From Lingula anatina (lineage: Eukaryota > Animalia > Brachiopoda): DNA of 64,000 nt. A program made the translations under genes and the position numbers. This document shows, one piece after another, positions 9,746 through 22,616 of this stretch; the first letter of the stretch is position 1; every line of letters begins with the position of its first letter. The stretch is from positions 2,085,721 through 2,149,720 of the forward strand of contig CM120648.1 of the NCBI GenBank assembly GCA_051362555.1. The letters run 5' to 3'. The notes under the pieces are model-generated. The model searched no databases. It was not told where the DNA came from and saw only the letters and a program-made list of their open reading frames with translations.

Positions 9746-12700
9746 TTTCAATCTATATCATTTTTTTGCTATATAATTCAATACTAGTACCTTAAAGTGG
9801 ATACAAAACCATAAAAGCACTGGTACATTTCTCAGTGTCAGTGTCATAGCGTTCATTTTATTCAGCCAGCTATCATTATATTTAGTGTTATAAACACAAT
9901 GAGAATACACTGTTCCCGCTTTACATTTCATCTGTCAGCCATTATCTCATTATCTCCCACTTCACACAGGAACATCATAACATTATCAGTATTTAGCACC
10001 CCAGGTTTCTTTCACCAGATGCTTTCAACGAGATATTTGTACCTCAGCAGGCTCTGTGAAAAGAATATATATATATATATATTCGCCGATCAAAATTGGT
10101 TTTAGAAAATGCCATCCCATCCCATCCTGCCTCCAACAATTCATGTTTGAATCCTCACAATTCATGTTCCTTTCTCATCTAGAAAATCATATCTCCATCA
10201 ACACTCAAATATGGCTGAATTAATGCTGAGTATCATTAATATTCTAAGAAAAAAATCAACTAAGTTAATGCTTTTGAATCTACTCCCACCTTAACAATCA
10301 TAATATGATAATAATATTTAGTAACATAAAAATAATAAAATTCTGCACTAAACAAAAGCTCCTGCAATTTTCCTCAGAGCACTAATGAAATCCAAACAAA
10401 AAAAAACATCATGAAAACAGCTCTAAGCTGCATCAGTCACCTTCAGCTGTTCCTGCCAGTGTATTAACCCAACAACGCAATATCCTCTGGTAGTTTTCAC
10501 AGTACAATACCCCATTAAGCAAACAAAGAAAGAAAAAAAGTAATTCCATTACTAGTAATCCTTTTAAAGCTTTGGCACCTGACAGTCGTGACTGATTGAT
10601 GTATCTCCCTCTATTGAGTGAAATAAAAATATTCTGCAAGGCACGCCTCACTTCAGATCCATCATGTTCCAATATACTAAAATAAGAGAAGGAAAAAAAA
10701 AGAAAGAAACAGACCATTAAACCTACACAGTGTGTGCTCTGTGCTGTTTATTTCCTGTCTGGTGAGCGTCCTTACCTACACACTATAGTCATAAATCTCC
10801 AGGTGAACAATTCAAGTAATTGAAGATGTATGTTTTCTGCTTAGCCTCATAAATCAGGGCTTGCACATAAATATCAACCTTTTGGTAATAGTGTTTTCTT
10901 GGAGTACCTACTAGTATAAAACCTAAAGTTCTACATCCTGATATACAACTCTGTAAATAATATACAAGCTCCTTCCTCACAGGCAGTTTGAAAAACAAAA
11001 TAACTGTCTCAGTAATACTAATACACAATCAATGTAGAATGTCTCTTCTGTTTAGTCACTTACATTTTTTCAGCAGACTACTACTACTACTACTATCTTT
11101 CAAACAATGACAGATCTAGGGATGGGTGTGGGGTTGGGGGGGGGGTGCACAGTGGACATGTGCCTCTCACTTACTTTGTGACTTGTGAGGCAGTACGGTA
11201 CCCCAACCTCCCTATCAAAACCAAGCAATTTCCCCATCACTGTGCCCCACATATCACAGTTACATTGCCCTAACTTCAGTTGTTTCATATCATACTCTTT
11301 ATTTTTGCCTCACCCAATCCTACTTAAACAAAATCCTGAATCCAGCTGTATAAAACTCAGCTTTTGAAATAAAAATGATTCAACTCCCCCTCAAATGTAA
11401 ATTCCAAACTGCAGGATGAATAGAAAACATCAAAACTGATATACTAGTACTTGCACACTACTGCTCAGATGAGAGGCTTTAAAAAAATACCAAAACAGAC
11501 CTTGGTACTGAATCAGCTATTCCACACCCTGGCCTTGAAGAACAATTCCAAAATTAATATTACATTTATCATCCCTGCATAATACATCCCAAGTACAAAA
11601 CTTTGAGAAAAAAACCACTATGGACCCTCCGGGCACTGCGCTGGCTCTTCCACGCCTTGGAGGTTGAGAAAAATATCCAAACTGATACTTGCACTGAAAG
11701 TTGTCTCTCTGGTCTACAGACAGCTTAAAAACATGGAACTGATGATGCTTTGAGTAATAAATAATGAAAATCAAAAACCCTGCCACATCTACTAGTTGAA
11801 GATGCCGTGCCTTTGCATTTCCACAGTAAGCAATCTCCCACTGGATCAGCACAAACAAATTGGTTGTCATGGCAATCTCACAAACCACAAGAGAATGATT
11901 GAGAACTTTGTGCCTGACAGATTTTAAAATAACCCTAGCTGACCTTTAACTAACAGCCTCAGGGTTAAGAAATTGAGAAGTCATTGCTGACACAGGTAAG
12001 TTTTTGTAATTTTAATTAAAATTTGACCTTCAGGCAGAGTATATAGTGCACACTTGTGGTTACTAGTAACTGTTTTCAAGTCAATTTTGCTGAAGAGAGA
12101 CAGAGAACAATTTGAATTTGTTTTGATAATTTTTTTCCATTTTGCTACCAATTTGAATGACTTCTAAAAAAAACTGCTTTTGTTAGAGATTGGTGAATAT
12201 TGATCGCAACCTTAGGTAATTGCTGCATTACAGCAGTAGCCCATTACTTGATCTATTGTTTCTCCTCTGTAATATCACACTCACGTCTACTGGATGAATC
12301 AGAAAACTCACCTTCTGCTTTTGTTTACCTTTCATTTCTCATTAATTGGATAAAAAAATAATGCTGGACTCAGTGAGCCTAAAACTGGTCACAAAAACTA
12401 AAAATACATCTCTGTCATGTAGTAATGCTGTTACTTAAAGATATAAATTTAAAGATATAACATGTACTAGTATCAAGTAGGGACTTAAGCATACTAGTAC
12501 TACTACTAGTAGGCAGATCTACTACTAGTAAGTAGTTGGTTAAAATTGTTACCATTATATATACAAAGTAAATCTACCAACGTTTACTTTTAGTCAATAT
12601 TTAACTGTCAGCAACATGTTCTTGTTAACTTCAATTTTCTTACATTGGTTTATTTCCGTTGACTTAATACCATTTGTAAAGAAGTTTACCCTGTATTTAA

Positions 12701-15700
12701 AACAAACTTTACTTACTGCAAACAACAGGTCAGTTGAATTTCAGTGGACTATACAAAGACCTTCCCGATAAGAAAATAAATGTGTTCTGCTCCTATACAA
12801 ATTTCAATGTAAAATGCCGATACTTGGAATATACCCAGGTTCATAATGGACAGAAATTGTGTTTTTTTTCTCAATATTTTATGGCTATGCAATAAGTAAT
12901 TATCTACCTAATAAAACTAAGATAAATAAAAAAATAAGCTGTTACAATCTAAATAATTTTTTCACAGAGGTTACTTTGTGGTGGTTTTCCTCAAATATAA
13001 TTCTAGTACATCATGTCAAGATAGTAGCTGGCATCTCTTGGTTTTTCAATGAAAAGGAGCTGGACAAGGTTCCCTTGAGACAACACTGCAATTTATTGAT
13101 TTCTTGGCCTATCATAAATAATGAAAATGACACCAGAGTCAAGATCTAATTACACCAAAAGCCAATATAGAACAATGAATCAGCACATTACCTGTAATGA
13201 TGATTTTCTGGCTTAATTAAATTATTACATGAGAAGATGTGTAGAAGAACATGTTGACCTGCTCAGAATCCACTCAGTGTAACTGAAATAACCTGCTAGC
13301 TTTATGATTCACTTTTCCTTGTGCTAGTACTAGTAAATCAGCAGGGGCAGATGGAAACCGTCTTCTGGAAGACAGTCATAATTTTTAACTTAACTAGTAC
13401 ATTAATGGGCATGTAATTTTGAAAATGTCAGAAAATATATCTGGATCAGCCTCTCAACCGGGGTGGGTAAACTACAGCCAGGATCTAGGTGTGGACCACA
13501 AACGTGCCTCTTACCATGAAGTGTTTATAAATTAGCTGTTCTCTTCTGATATAACTTAATCTGCCTTGTCACTTAAAGTTGTAAATTTTAAAACTTTGTA
13601 ATCTTATCGACTGTGGGAGCTGCTGTAATGGCCACAGATTTAGTGTTGTGTAAACTTGTACTCTTTACCGCATAATGTGGCCAATGGAGAAGCTGTACAA
13701 AACTTAATTCAACTTTCAGTTTAGATAAAACCCTTCAATGACAAGGGCTGAATGCAGATAATTGAACAAACTACAACACTGTCCACTAACACTTGCACTT
13801 GAATCCAGGGATGGCTAACCTTTTCACCTATTGCTAAATCACTTGCAATAAATATCTCAAAAAAAAAAAAAAAATCTAATTCGAAAGTAAAACGTCTTTA
13901 AAAATCACAACACAGTACATTAAAGTATGATATAGTTTCAAAAGCCTAATTATCACTTCACCTTGCTTTATACACATTCACCATAGTATAACATATTAAT
14001 TTAGCCTCATATTGTGAAAACTGAAAACATCAAACTTCCAAATGAATTTACTGACAATTCTCTCCAATTTCCACATGATTTACTATTTCTGTGTCACTGC
14101 TTTCAGCTCATCCATCTTGGAACATTCAACTGATTGTAATTGCAATTCCCACCATCAGTTTTAATCCAACCGGCTACGCTACCATTAACATGAGAAAGAA
14201 AGGCATACTAGTTACCAACTCGTAACAAGATGAAACCCTTCTAAACTCCTATTTTTTCCAAACCCCATCAATTAAATCCAATTACTGTAGGTTGGTGAGC
14301 ATCTCCCTGAATCCCTGTATTCCACTCTGGTGAATGTTCTCTCCTGAGCCAGCTTCTCGTTAGTGGATCACATTGCCTAGAAGAAGGTAAGGCAGCAATG
14401 GGCTAATCTCATTGGCTCAGGTAAACGTTCCCCGCCAAACGTGTACTAATCTCCTCATAAAACTGCGATGCTGCTGTATTAAGAAATGACACTGGCTAAT
14501 AAACAGTCAAGCTAACTCACACACTGTGTATGTGTGTACAGTATGTATACGGTTAGACTGGGGTTTACCTGGGTCCAACACAACATGAGGATGTATTTAC
14601 ACTTAACCCAAAGACATCACTTCTAACTTCATACAAGGATGTAAGGACCTTTTAGGGGCTCTGCTTAGACTGTACGCTGTGTAGGTTTCATTTTAGAAGC
14701 AATCTTGTCAACAAATTTAGGAAGACTCAGAAAAACCAGTATTGGCTTGCATTTCTCGTCTGGTTGATGCTTCTCTGTTTCACCTTGCCAGGTATGTTCT
14801 TTTTCTTCTTTTATCCTGTTTTTTTCAGAAAAAAAATAGCTTCCAGCAGCTTTATGTTCTGTTCTCTATGCAGAAGTGATCTTATTAAATGTTGAGTGAA
14901 CTGCCAATGGAACGTTCCCCTACTAAAGAGTGATCCTATTAAATGTAGTGTGAACATGCCCAGTAGAGAGTCCACCAAGTCAACAACCTGTGTTGAGAGG
15001 CATAACAAGCAACTGATTTAAGCAAACAGACTGTAGTTGATAAACAGAAGTTCTTTGAATCACTATCAAACTACAATCAAACCATTTGTTTTTTTATGTT
15101 GACTTTCCATTTAAATGGGAGAATACAAATTTATACAATTCTTTTTTTTCCTGAGGCCCTAATTCTTTGCATGTATTCAAATCCAGATATTCTATCCCAG
15201 TCAGGTGTTTACAGGTAACTCTAGTTTAATCTGTTGACTGCAATCTAACACCTCATAATATTTATCAGTCATCCTGGAGACGCAGTTGACTTTGAGAAAT
15301 CAGGTCACTGTGAGGTCACAATGACAAAAGAATACCGCTACTATTTGAAAATCTTGTTAACACTGAATTGCTACTTAAATTGCTACATTAAAAAAAAAAT
15401 ACTTTTCTACAGGACACTAAGTAATGTTTGGTTTGAATGTGTGAACTGAAGGAAAACTGAATGAAATGCCAAGATTTAGAAACCAAATACTATTCAAGCA
15501 ATGAATGCAATCTGCTAGTGAAGGTAACAGTTTGAAAACATTTGATTAACAGAATTAGGCTGTTTTCATTTAAAATTTATTTTTGAAACTTATTCAGTAT
15601 ATAAATTTCTTATATTTATTTCATTAAACTATTTACAGTAAATCATAAACATTTTCTGTGCATTACAAACAAAATTCTGAGATAGAAAATGCCCAACTCA

Positions 15701-17530
15701 TGTTGAACCCATCTCATGTTGAAGCTGAGGTAGACCTCTACATGGTTTTAAGAGGCCTAGGGCTATAAAAAACACAGCAAAACAAGTGTAGGTCGTGGTC
15801 CCACCCAGAATTAATACCATTTTTATTATGGTTACACAGCCAAACAATGCACTTAATGTTTTATGATACTAGCTTCTGGCACATTTATAGAAATACAGGG
15901 CTTAATTTTACAATGCATGATGAAAGAGTAACACTACTACACACTGTCCTTTTAAATCATTGATTTCCATTTTTTCATAAACCTACTAGAACTAGTACAG
16001 ATTCAGATATAGTTTAAAAACTTTGTTAGTCTTGTTAAGAATTTAAAAATGGTTTCCACAAGAAATAAATATGCCCATATGCAACAACCATGCATACAAA
16101 GGCACACACTGATACACACACATGCACATGTACAGTATGCAAAATGTTAACAGATTTGCCACGCAGTTTACAAACACTTAATTTAACAACAGCTCCAGAC
16201 TGTTTGTTTACTCCAGTAACGTTATCACTAAGCAGACCTGATAGCACTTCAATAACTGAAACCTTATACAAAACATTAAATCCAATAAATCTGCTTAGTA
16301 TTCAACTCCATACTGACAGAGATTAAGAATACCTTGAACTCAGCAACACAGAATGTTTTAGATTGGATTTGCTGGAACAGCTCAACTATCACACTCTAGT
16401 GTGTGATAGCATGAAGCTAGAGTGCTTTAAAGATTTTGGACTGCTTTGCTAAAGATACAGGACTACTGTACCAGTAACTGCTTGCTAATATAATAATAGC
16501 CACAAAATTCAATATGAAATCTCCAATAATTAAAAATAACCTTGTGAGGCCCATTTTGACAATACATGACATTTTTTCTAGTCTTGTAATGGATTGCTAC
16601 ATATAAATGTGAAATTTGGAATACATCAAGAGATCTTGTGTATGATCAGTGTATGACTGTGTAAAGGCAAAGGCGAGTGATTTGTAGATTTGATAGTAGT
16701 GTTTCACATCAGTTGGTAAGTTGTAACTGTGGGGCGACTGATGCCACTTGCGCAATACCCAGTGCAACTGCCTCTATGTGCACATTGCTATAAACTAAAT
16801 TTCTACCTTAGCTGACTTTTTTTTTTTATGGGACCGCATAGCCACACATTTTCAATATTGCTCAATTTTCACTTCCAAAATGATCGGATTCATATATGAA
16901 GTTTTAAAGCCAAAACTGTACTTGTGTGACAAAAAAAAAAAAAATAAATAAATAAAAAAATAAAAAATTGCACATCAATGTACGCTTGATATCATCAAAT
17001 GACTTAAGCATTGGAAAAACATCTGGTTATTTATACAAAATGTACAACATGGGTTGTTTTTCAAAATGGATTCTGTGAAGTTTAGTTATGTACTACACAC
17101 AGAAAACAAACCCCTTTGTTTGGCCCACTAATTACACGTAAAATATTTTTTTGTACGAATCTTTTTTTCTTCTGTGTGATGAAACTCAGATGCTTGATGC
17201 CTGTACTTTTTATGTTCCAGTAATTTAAACATTCAATAAAAAGCCAGAAATACCACACCATTGTGCATGCAGTTATTGGTTAATTTGAGTATGAGCAATC
17301 ATAAAAGACTAAAGGATCACCAAAGAGTGGAGACGGGAAAAACGGACCCAAGCTTACAGGGGTGTGGGCACTTATCTCGTGCAATTTGTAACATGGACCT
17401 TCTAAGATCTCTAAACCTGCGAAAACGGAAAGAGGATATCAAACTTAAACAAGAGTTATAGCAACTTGGTTAGAGAAAGAGGAGAGCCTGCCGACAACAG
17501 AGGCAGATTACACACGCCGCTTTTACTAAC

Positions 17531-17662
17531 CTTGATTGGAATTCCATCGATAATTTTTATGGAAAGGCAAAACGGATAACTATCTTCTTCTGCTCGTTTT
17601 TGCCTATCATAGGGTGGCGGTATTATGGGGTTTTTCTTGATAAAATCCTTCCAAGTTGCCAT
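17531..17662 (-). CDS. NPHP4: Nephrocystin-4, first coding exon (1a)
   Basis: ATG at 17662. MATWKDFIKKNPIIPPPYDRQKRAEEDSYPFCLSIKIIDGIPIK resembles the human NPHP4 N-terminus ([20 protein letters not shown]...ESTAFQCVLKWLDG). Ends AAG|GTTAGT, phase 0, in frame with exon 2. Confidence 0.9.
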
Positions 17663-17991
17663 ATTTCATTTTGTTGCAACGGACGCACCGGATGTAAATA
17701 ATAACACAAAAGAAGTGTTGCTCATTTATATATTTTAAAATTGTAATGCAACCGACAAATTTATTATTTGAACGGGTTCTTAATGCTTAATGCAACAAAA
17801 AGTAAATTTTACTGACAAATGTAGATGAAATATTTGCAATAAATCACGGTTGTCTATTCTATTTTAGGTGAGCTATGACTTTGCGGTTTGCTATTTATGC
17901 TGTTGGGTATGTGACGTCATCAGTGGAATTCCCTCAAAACAAAGAAGATGCGTGTGTTTCGTCTCTATTTTGGCTGACTTCACGATAGAAG
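17663..17991. promoter_or_regulatory. Bidirectional promoter between NPHP4 (-) and PIGP (+)
   Basis: Head-to-head ATGs ~330 bp apart. Contains an ETS-type ACCGGATGT (~17687), RFX-like GTTGC half-sites (~17656-17685) and a perfect CRE TGACGTCA (17912-17919). Strand composition skew flips here. Confidence 0.75.
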
Positions 17992-18073
17992 ATGCCGGAG
18001 CAAAAACCTAGCCCCTCTCCTGAAAGAGCCATTTATGGTTTTGTGTTGTATCTAGGGTCATTTCTAGCACTAG
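17992..18073 (+). CDS. PIGP: GPI-GlcNAc transferase subunit P, exon 1
   Basis: MPEQKPSPSPERAIYGFVLYLGSFLAL carries the PIG-P N-terminal motif PSPxPERAIYGFVL. Donor G|GTAAAT. Confidence 0.95.
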
Positions 18074-18368
18074 GTAAATTACAGATTAAGTAAAGTGTAC
18101 CGATTTCTGACTTTCATTGTGTTTGAGTCTGTCTGTAGTGTATCATCGAAGATGACATCTAGATCTAATTATCTGCTGGTACAATTAAGTAGTTTTGTCT
18201 GCTGCTGCTACTGTTACGACTACCAGTTCTAGGCCTACCTTTTAACTAACTCCAAAGTGTAGATCTAATAAAATAAATCTCAGGATGCACAACATTATAT
18301 GTTTATTATAACAATTGCATAACCTGGAACATTTTATTATGTATAATTTTTGCTCTTATAAATTATAG

Positions 18369-18441
18369 GGTTTTATTTAGTGTGGGCCTATGTGCCGGAT
18401 CCTTGGCTGGAATCTATAGGACTCACATACTTACCACAAAA
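18369..18441 (+). CDS. PIGP: PIGP exon 2
   Basis: FYLVWAYVPDPWLESIGLTYLPQK fits the PIG-P motif YLxWAxxPxxWLxSxGLTYxPQK. Phase 1-2. Confidence 0.95.
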
Positions 18442-18924
18442 GTAAGTAGAAAAAAATAAAATCATTGAAAAAAATAATAGTAAAACAAAAGAAAAGAAAA
18501 GTAAAAACAGGCTATTCAAAATTGAAAGAAATAAATTGCCCATGAAAGATCAAAACACTTTTTAATTATTTATGAGGAATGCATAAAACACTAAATTTGA
18601 GTGCAACATTTCTCTCCCACAAAAATAATCTGGAATATTTTTAATATAAATATTTGATTTTGGACTTGAAAGAATGTTACTTACTCCATGCACAGTCCTT
18701 AATCTTACCAGTGATCTTAGCCAAATGCCTATAAAATTTTGTAAATTTGTTCATTTATAGACCACCATTTCTTCTTTTACTCAGTCTATTCTTAGATAAC
18801 TTAGGGTTTAACATTGTTTCTACATGTACTAGTACATGATTTAGGGTTTTGAGTAGGATTTCCTGTTAATTATGTAAAAAATATTATATAAAAGTTTATA
18901 TGCAGTGCAAATGTTTCATTACAG

Positions 18925-19043
18925 ATATTGGGCCATAGCAGGGCCAGTGTTCTTGTGTGGGATGGTTGCCATGGTATTGTGTTTGTATATTGGTTACAGC
19001 TTCCTCATCACAGCTCCTCTTGACTCAATTCACACTATCAGAG
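18925..19043 (+). CDS. PIGP: PIGP exon 3
   Basis: YWAIAGPVFLCGMVAMVLCLYIGYSFLITAPLDSIHTIR: second TM helix and the PLDSIHTI motif. Confidence 0.95.
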
Positions 19044-19374
19044 GTTTGTATACTCACCAGAAAGTACAGTTTACGAAGTTTGAGTGTGTTAGAGATTGGG
19101 GGCAGTTTAACTGATGAATTGACTTATGAGGAAAGATGTAAGTTTGCACTGGCAATCATCAGAAACCCCCCCCCCCCCCAAGTAAATAATATTAATAAAA
19201 GAGGATCGACCTGAATGCCCAACTGTTCTTGTAGTAGCACAAAACACAACAATGAGTCTCTTGAGAAAATAACTGCCATTTCTATCATCATTACACAAGA
19301 GACAATAAAAACCAATAACATAATCCATGATTGTAATATCTTCTTTTAACTTCTTATCTTCTTTTAACTTCTAG

Positions 19375-19484
19375 ACAAGCATTCTCGCCCAGTGATCACC
19401 TCAGGTCTTCCAGATGGAGCAATAAAACCAATAGGAGACATAGATATATCAGAAGTGAATAGACAGCTGTATGGGGACAGGTGA
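19375..19484 (+). CDS. PIGP: PIGP exon 4 (stop codon)
   Basis: DKHSRPVITSGLPDGAIKPIGDIDISEVNRQLYGDR* fits the PIG-P C-terminal AIPxxxDIxISEVN motif. Total CDS is 384 nt (127 aa). Confidence 0.93.
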
Positions 19485-19489
19485 TACAG

Positions 19490-19731
19490 GTAAGTTACTA
19501 TAATTAACCTCGAATGTTTTTTAGACTTAATCAAAGGAGTTCACTTAATTGAAATAATGGTATAAACTATTTACAGATTCCTAAAAGCATAACCAAACAA
19601 AAGCCAAGTGACATTCTGATATTAAGTTAAAAAAAAAAAAACTTGAGGGACCAAGAGAGACATACATGTAGATTTACAAATGATTGAAGTGAAGTTGCTT
19701 TAAAAAGGCAAATTTTCAAATCTTTTTCCAG
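19490..19731 (+). other. PIGP: Candidate 3'-UTR intron of PIGP
   Basis: Consensus donor CAG|GTAAGT 5 nt after the stop; acceptor TCTTTTTCCAG at 19731; AATAAA at 20432-20437 downstream. Confidence 0.6.
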
Positions 19732-20694
19732 GAGTTCAGCCAGTGCCAGGAGTTGCAATGATCAGCTGATCAATTCAATGATGTTGGTGACATAATCTGT
19801 AACTGCTGGGAGATAATGTCACTAAAAAATCAGAGGCTAGCATGAAGCCAAATCTGCAGTTCTGTGTCAGTCATTTGACCTGCCAGTGGCACCCCCTCTT
19901 GACAGAGAATGTGTTCAAAATGCACTGCCAGCTGACCTAAGGCAACCATGAAGCCAAACCTGCAGTTTTTGGAGAGACTATCATGTTATCCAGAGAAAAG
20001 CCTAATATTATACCAGTATAAAGAGCCCTTGAAGTCTTTATTTACAGTATATTGTTGTCAAATTATGAGTTCAACCCAGTGCTGACTGTTAAATTTTGCT
20101 GTCTTTGTGATTGACAACAATTACAAAGGTTATATACCAAGTGACATATAGGAGGTTAACAGGAAGAACAGTCAACTTTCAGGGTCAGATGCTGATGTAA
20201 AGTTTGATTTTAGAGTTGCCAGCTCTATGCATTTACACATCTTTGGCATATTATGTGCATTGTTCACAGATGACATTCTGCTGTTTATAAGACTTAAGAT
20301 GATAGATGTACACATTTTGAGGTTTGTCATGTTGTGAACTCTGTAATTTGGTTACCAGTGACAACTGAAATCTTCAAAAAAGTATTGTTACAGACAGTAT
20401 GATATGAGCAAAGCAGATCAGAGATTACAGAAATAAAATGTTTGTTATATTTTTGAGACAATATTACTCTCCTGACTTCTGATAATTTCGACTCACACCT
20501 GAAAAATAGTGTATAGTATAAGATAAATAATTGAATAAACCAAATTTTTGGAACTTTCAACTTTTCATTTAGATTTTCTGTGGCAGCTTTTTGTACATTA
20601 TTTTGAACATATTTAAAATAGATAACTCAGTTTGCATCCCATTCTTGGCTGTAGATTGTTGTAGTTGTGATTGTGTTGGTTGTGACAACTGATC

Positions 20695-20870
20695 ATCTGG
20701 CGGAACCGGAAATAATCCATTTTAGCAGGTTATGGATTGTGCCTCCTGATTGGATTATTTGAAAGGCAAATGAGAATTGTCCAATGAAATGAGTTGATGC
20801 ATTGTTCTTAGGCAGTAAGCAGTAGTGTTTGGGGTCGATTGCCAAGCGCAACATTCAAAACAAACAGGTC
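20695..20870 (+). promoter_or_regulatory. Promoter and probable non-coding first exon of the unidentified gene
   Basis: ETS-like CCGGAAAT (20706), two CCAAT boxes (ATTGG ~20749, CCAAT 20781), X-box-like ATTGCCAAGCGCAAC (20838-20852), donor CAG|GTCTGT at ~20866 and acceptor TTTCAG at 21009. Confidence 0.55.
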
Positions 20871-21037
20871 TGTATTTTACCGCTCTAAATTGAAATCCGT
20901 GTTCTCCTTTCAATGAATGTAGAAATTTAATGGCAGTGACACAGTCTTTTGTGTGTGATGCCTAAAGCATTTTAGAAGGTAAACTGTCGAAAATGCTTGT
21001 AGATTTCAGGGTTCCGCGCTCGGATGAAGCGAGGAGC

Positions 21038-21226
21038 ATGTCGGAGTCGGTACAGCCTCGGCTTCCATTGCAAGAGCAGAAGAGCCAAAATCAAGAGAAT
21101 GATCCGCGTGCCGAGAGGAAGAAACGCCATGCTGCTGAGTCTTTTGTAGTAGACGTAGTGGCGAAGAAGTCCAGTTCTTGCCCGAATCTCCAAGAGGCTT
21201 TCTTGCGGTACAGGAAAAATCGACAG
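21038..21226 (+). CDS. First coding exon of an unidentified protein (MSESVQPRLPLQEQ...SCPNLQEAFLRYRKNRQ)
   Basis: CpG-rich, GC-elevated 63-codon frame with good ATG context (AGCATGT) and a perfect phase-0 donor CAG|GTGAGT. No downstream coding exon recognised in the window. Confidence 0.7.
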
Positions 21227-22248
21227 GTGAGTCGACTACCCCCCCTCTCCCCCGCCTTTACTCCAACTTGATTGCAATACCCTGTCCTGAATGAAGTGTT
21301 GTGAAATATTGTGTGAACACATTGCTGTATTTATTCTACATGAAATATTGTGTGTATACATTGTTGTACTTTATCTACATGCTTTAAAGTAGATGGAAAA
21401 CGAGGTTTATATCTTATAGCATTTAATTTTGCTTTGGTGTGTTAAATTAACATACTTCTTAGCTGTCATTCATTTTTACTATCATTTTCACAAGGCTGGA
21501 AAGGGTAGACTTTTTTGAGACCCTTCCCTTTCAAAGATATTAGAATATAATGTCAAATACTAAAAGTGATGACCTTGGACACATTTTGGATCATCTTTTT
21601 TATTATTTGCAGAGGGCCCTAATCCCCCCTCCCAGTGTACAGTTTGTCAACTCGTGAAAATTATTCTAAAAATGGATGACCCCTTAATACAAAGCAGAAA
21701 ATATTATAGATACCATGTCAATATACTCCACATACCTTAAAATAGATCAAAGTCCTGCAGCAGTGCTACACACATTTTAAGTTTCTTATCACACTTTCTT
21801 TCATGTAGCTAAAAAATCTGATCTCAACATAAGAAAGTGAATAACATTCCCTGCTTATCTGAATCTGTTGGAAAGTTGGTAAAAAAAAAGTCTCCATATA
21901 TATTCATGGTACATTTGGAAGACATTTATCTTTAATTGTTAATTTGGTGCCATACCAAAAAAAAAAAGTTAAAAAAATAATAATAAAATAAAAATAAATA
22001 GATAGATAAAATTAAAAATAATAATAATAAATAATAAAAAAATTAAAAAAATGATAAAAATTCTGGTACTGTAGACTCATTTCTAATAACTACTGGTAAT
22101 TCCTAATACCCTGACATATTCCAGGATTTCTTCAGACATGTGGACATCTGAGCTTGTGAGTTGTGAGGCTGTAGAAATTATTCATCCCTGTGATTAGGCA
22201 TGCTATATTGGTTTACCTTGTAGCTTGTGCATTAGACCTATATAGCAA

Positions 22249-22283
<35 letters not shown>

Positions 22284-22581
22284 GTAAATAAGTTAATACA
22301 TGGTTTTAAACAAATCAGTTAGTTGAATAAATAGTATATAAATTTTAAAAAAATATTCATTCAATTTAAAAAAAAATTATTTTATAAAGGCCTGAATATA
22401 TCTGACAACCACTGCAGTTATATAAACATGTAGATACTAAAACTAAAATGGGACACAGACATGAATGGGATAAAATACAGATGTACCACAAAAGCTAAGG
22501 TATTGAGATATAAGAACATCTTTTAAGGCAAAAAATTTAGTCATTTAAGCTGTATTTTTCCTTATTACCCCTCCTCCCTTG

Positions 22582-22616
<35 letters not shown>

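Noticed and set aside
10433-11028. Nested protein-coding gene in NPHP4 intron 1
   Set aside because: Spliced frames are short, interrupted by stops and lack homology; treated as possible 5'-UTR exons instead.
13457-13825. hAT-like terminal words (CCGGGGTGGGTAAACTACAGCC; CCAGGGATGGCTAACCTTTT)
   Set aside because: Both are in the same orientation, with no partner inverted repeat, target-site duplication or transposase; too short to call an element.
22583-22614. Long poly-C tracts (also ~250, ~19166, ~32165) as functional G-quadruplexes
   Set aside because: Simple homopolymers of uncertain assembled length with no contextual support for function.
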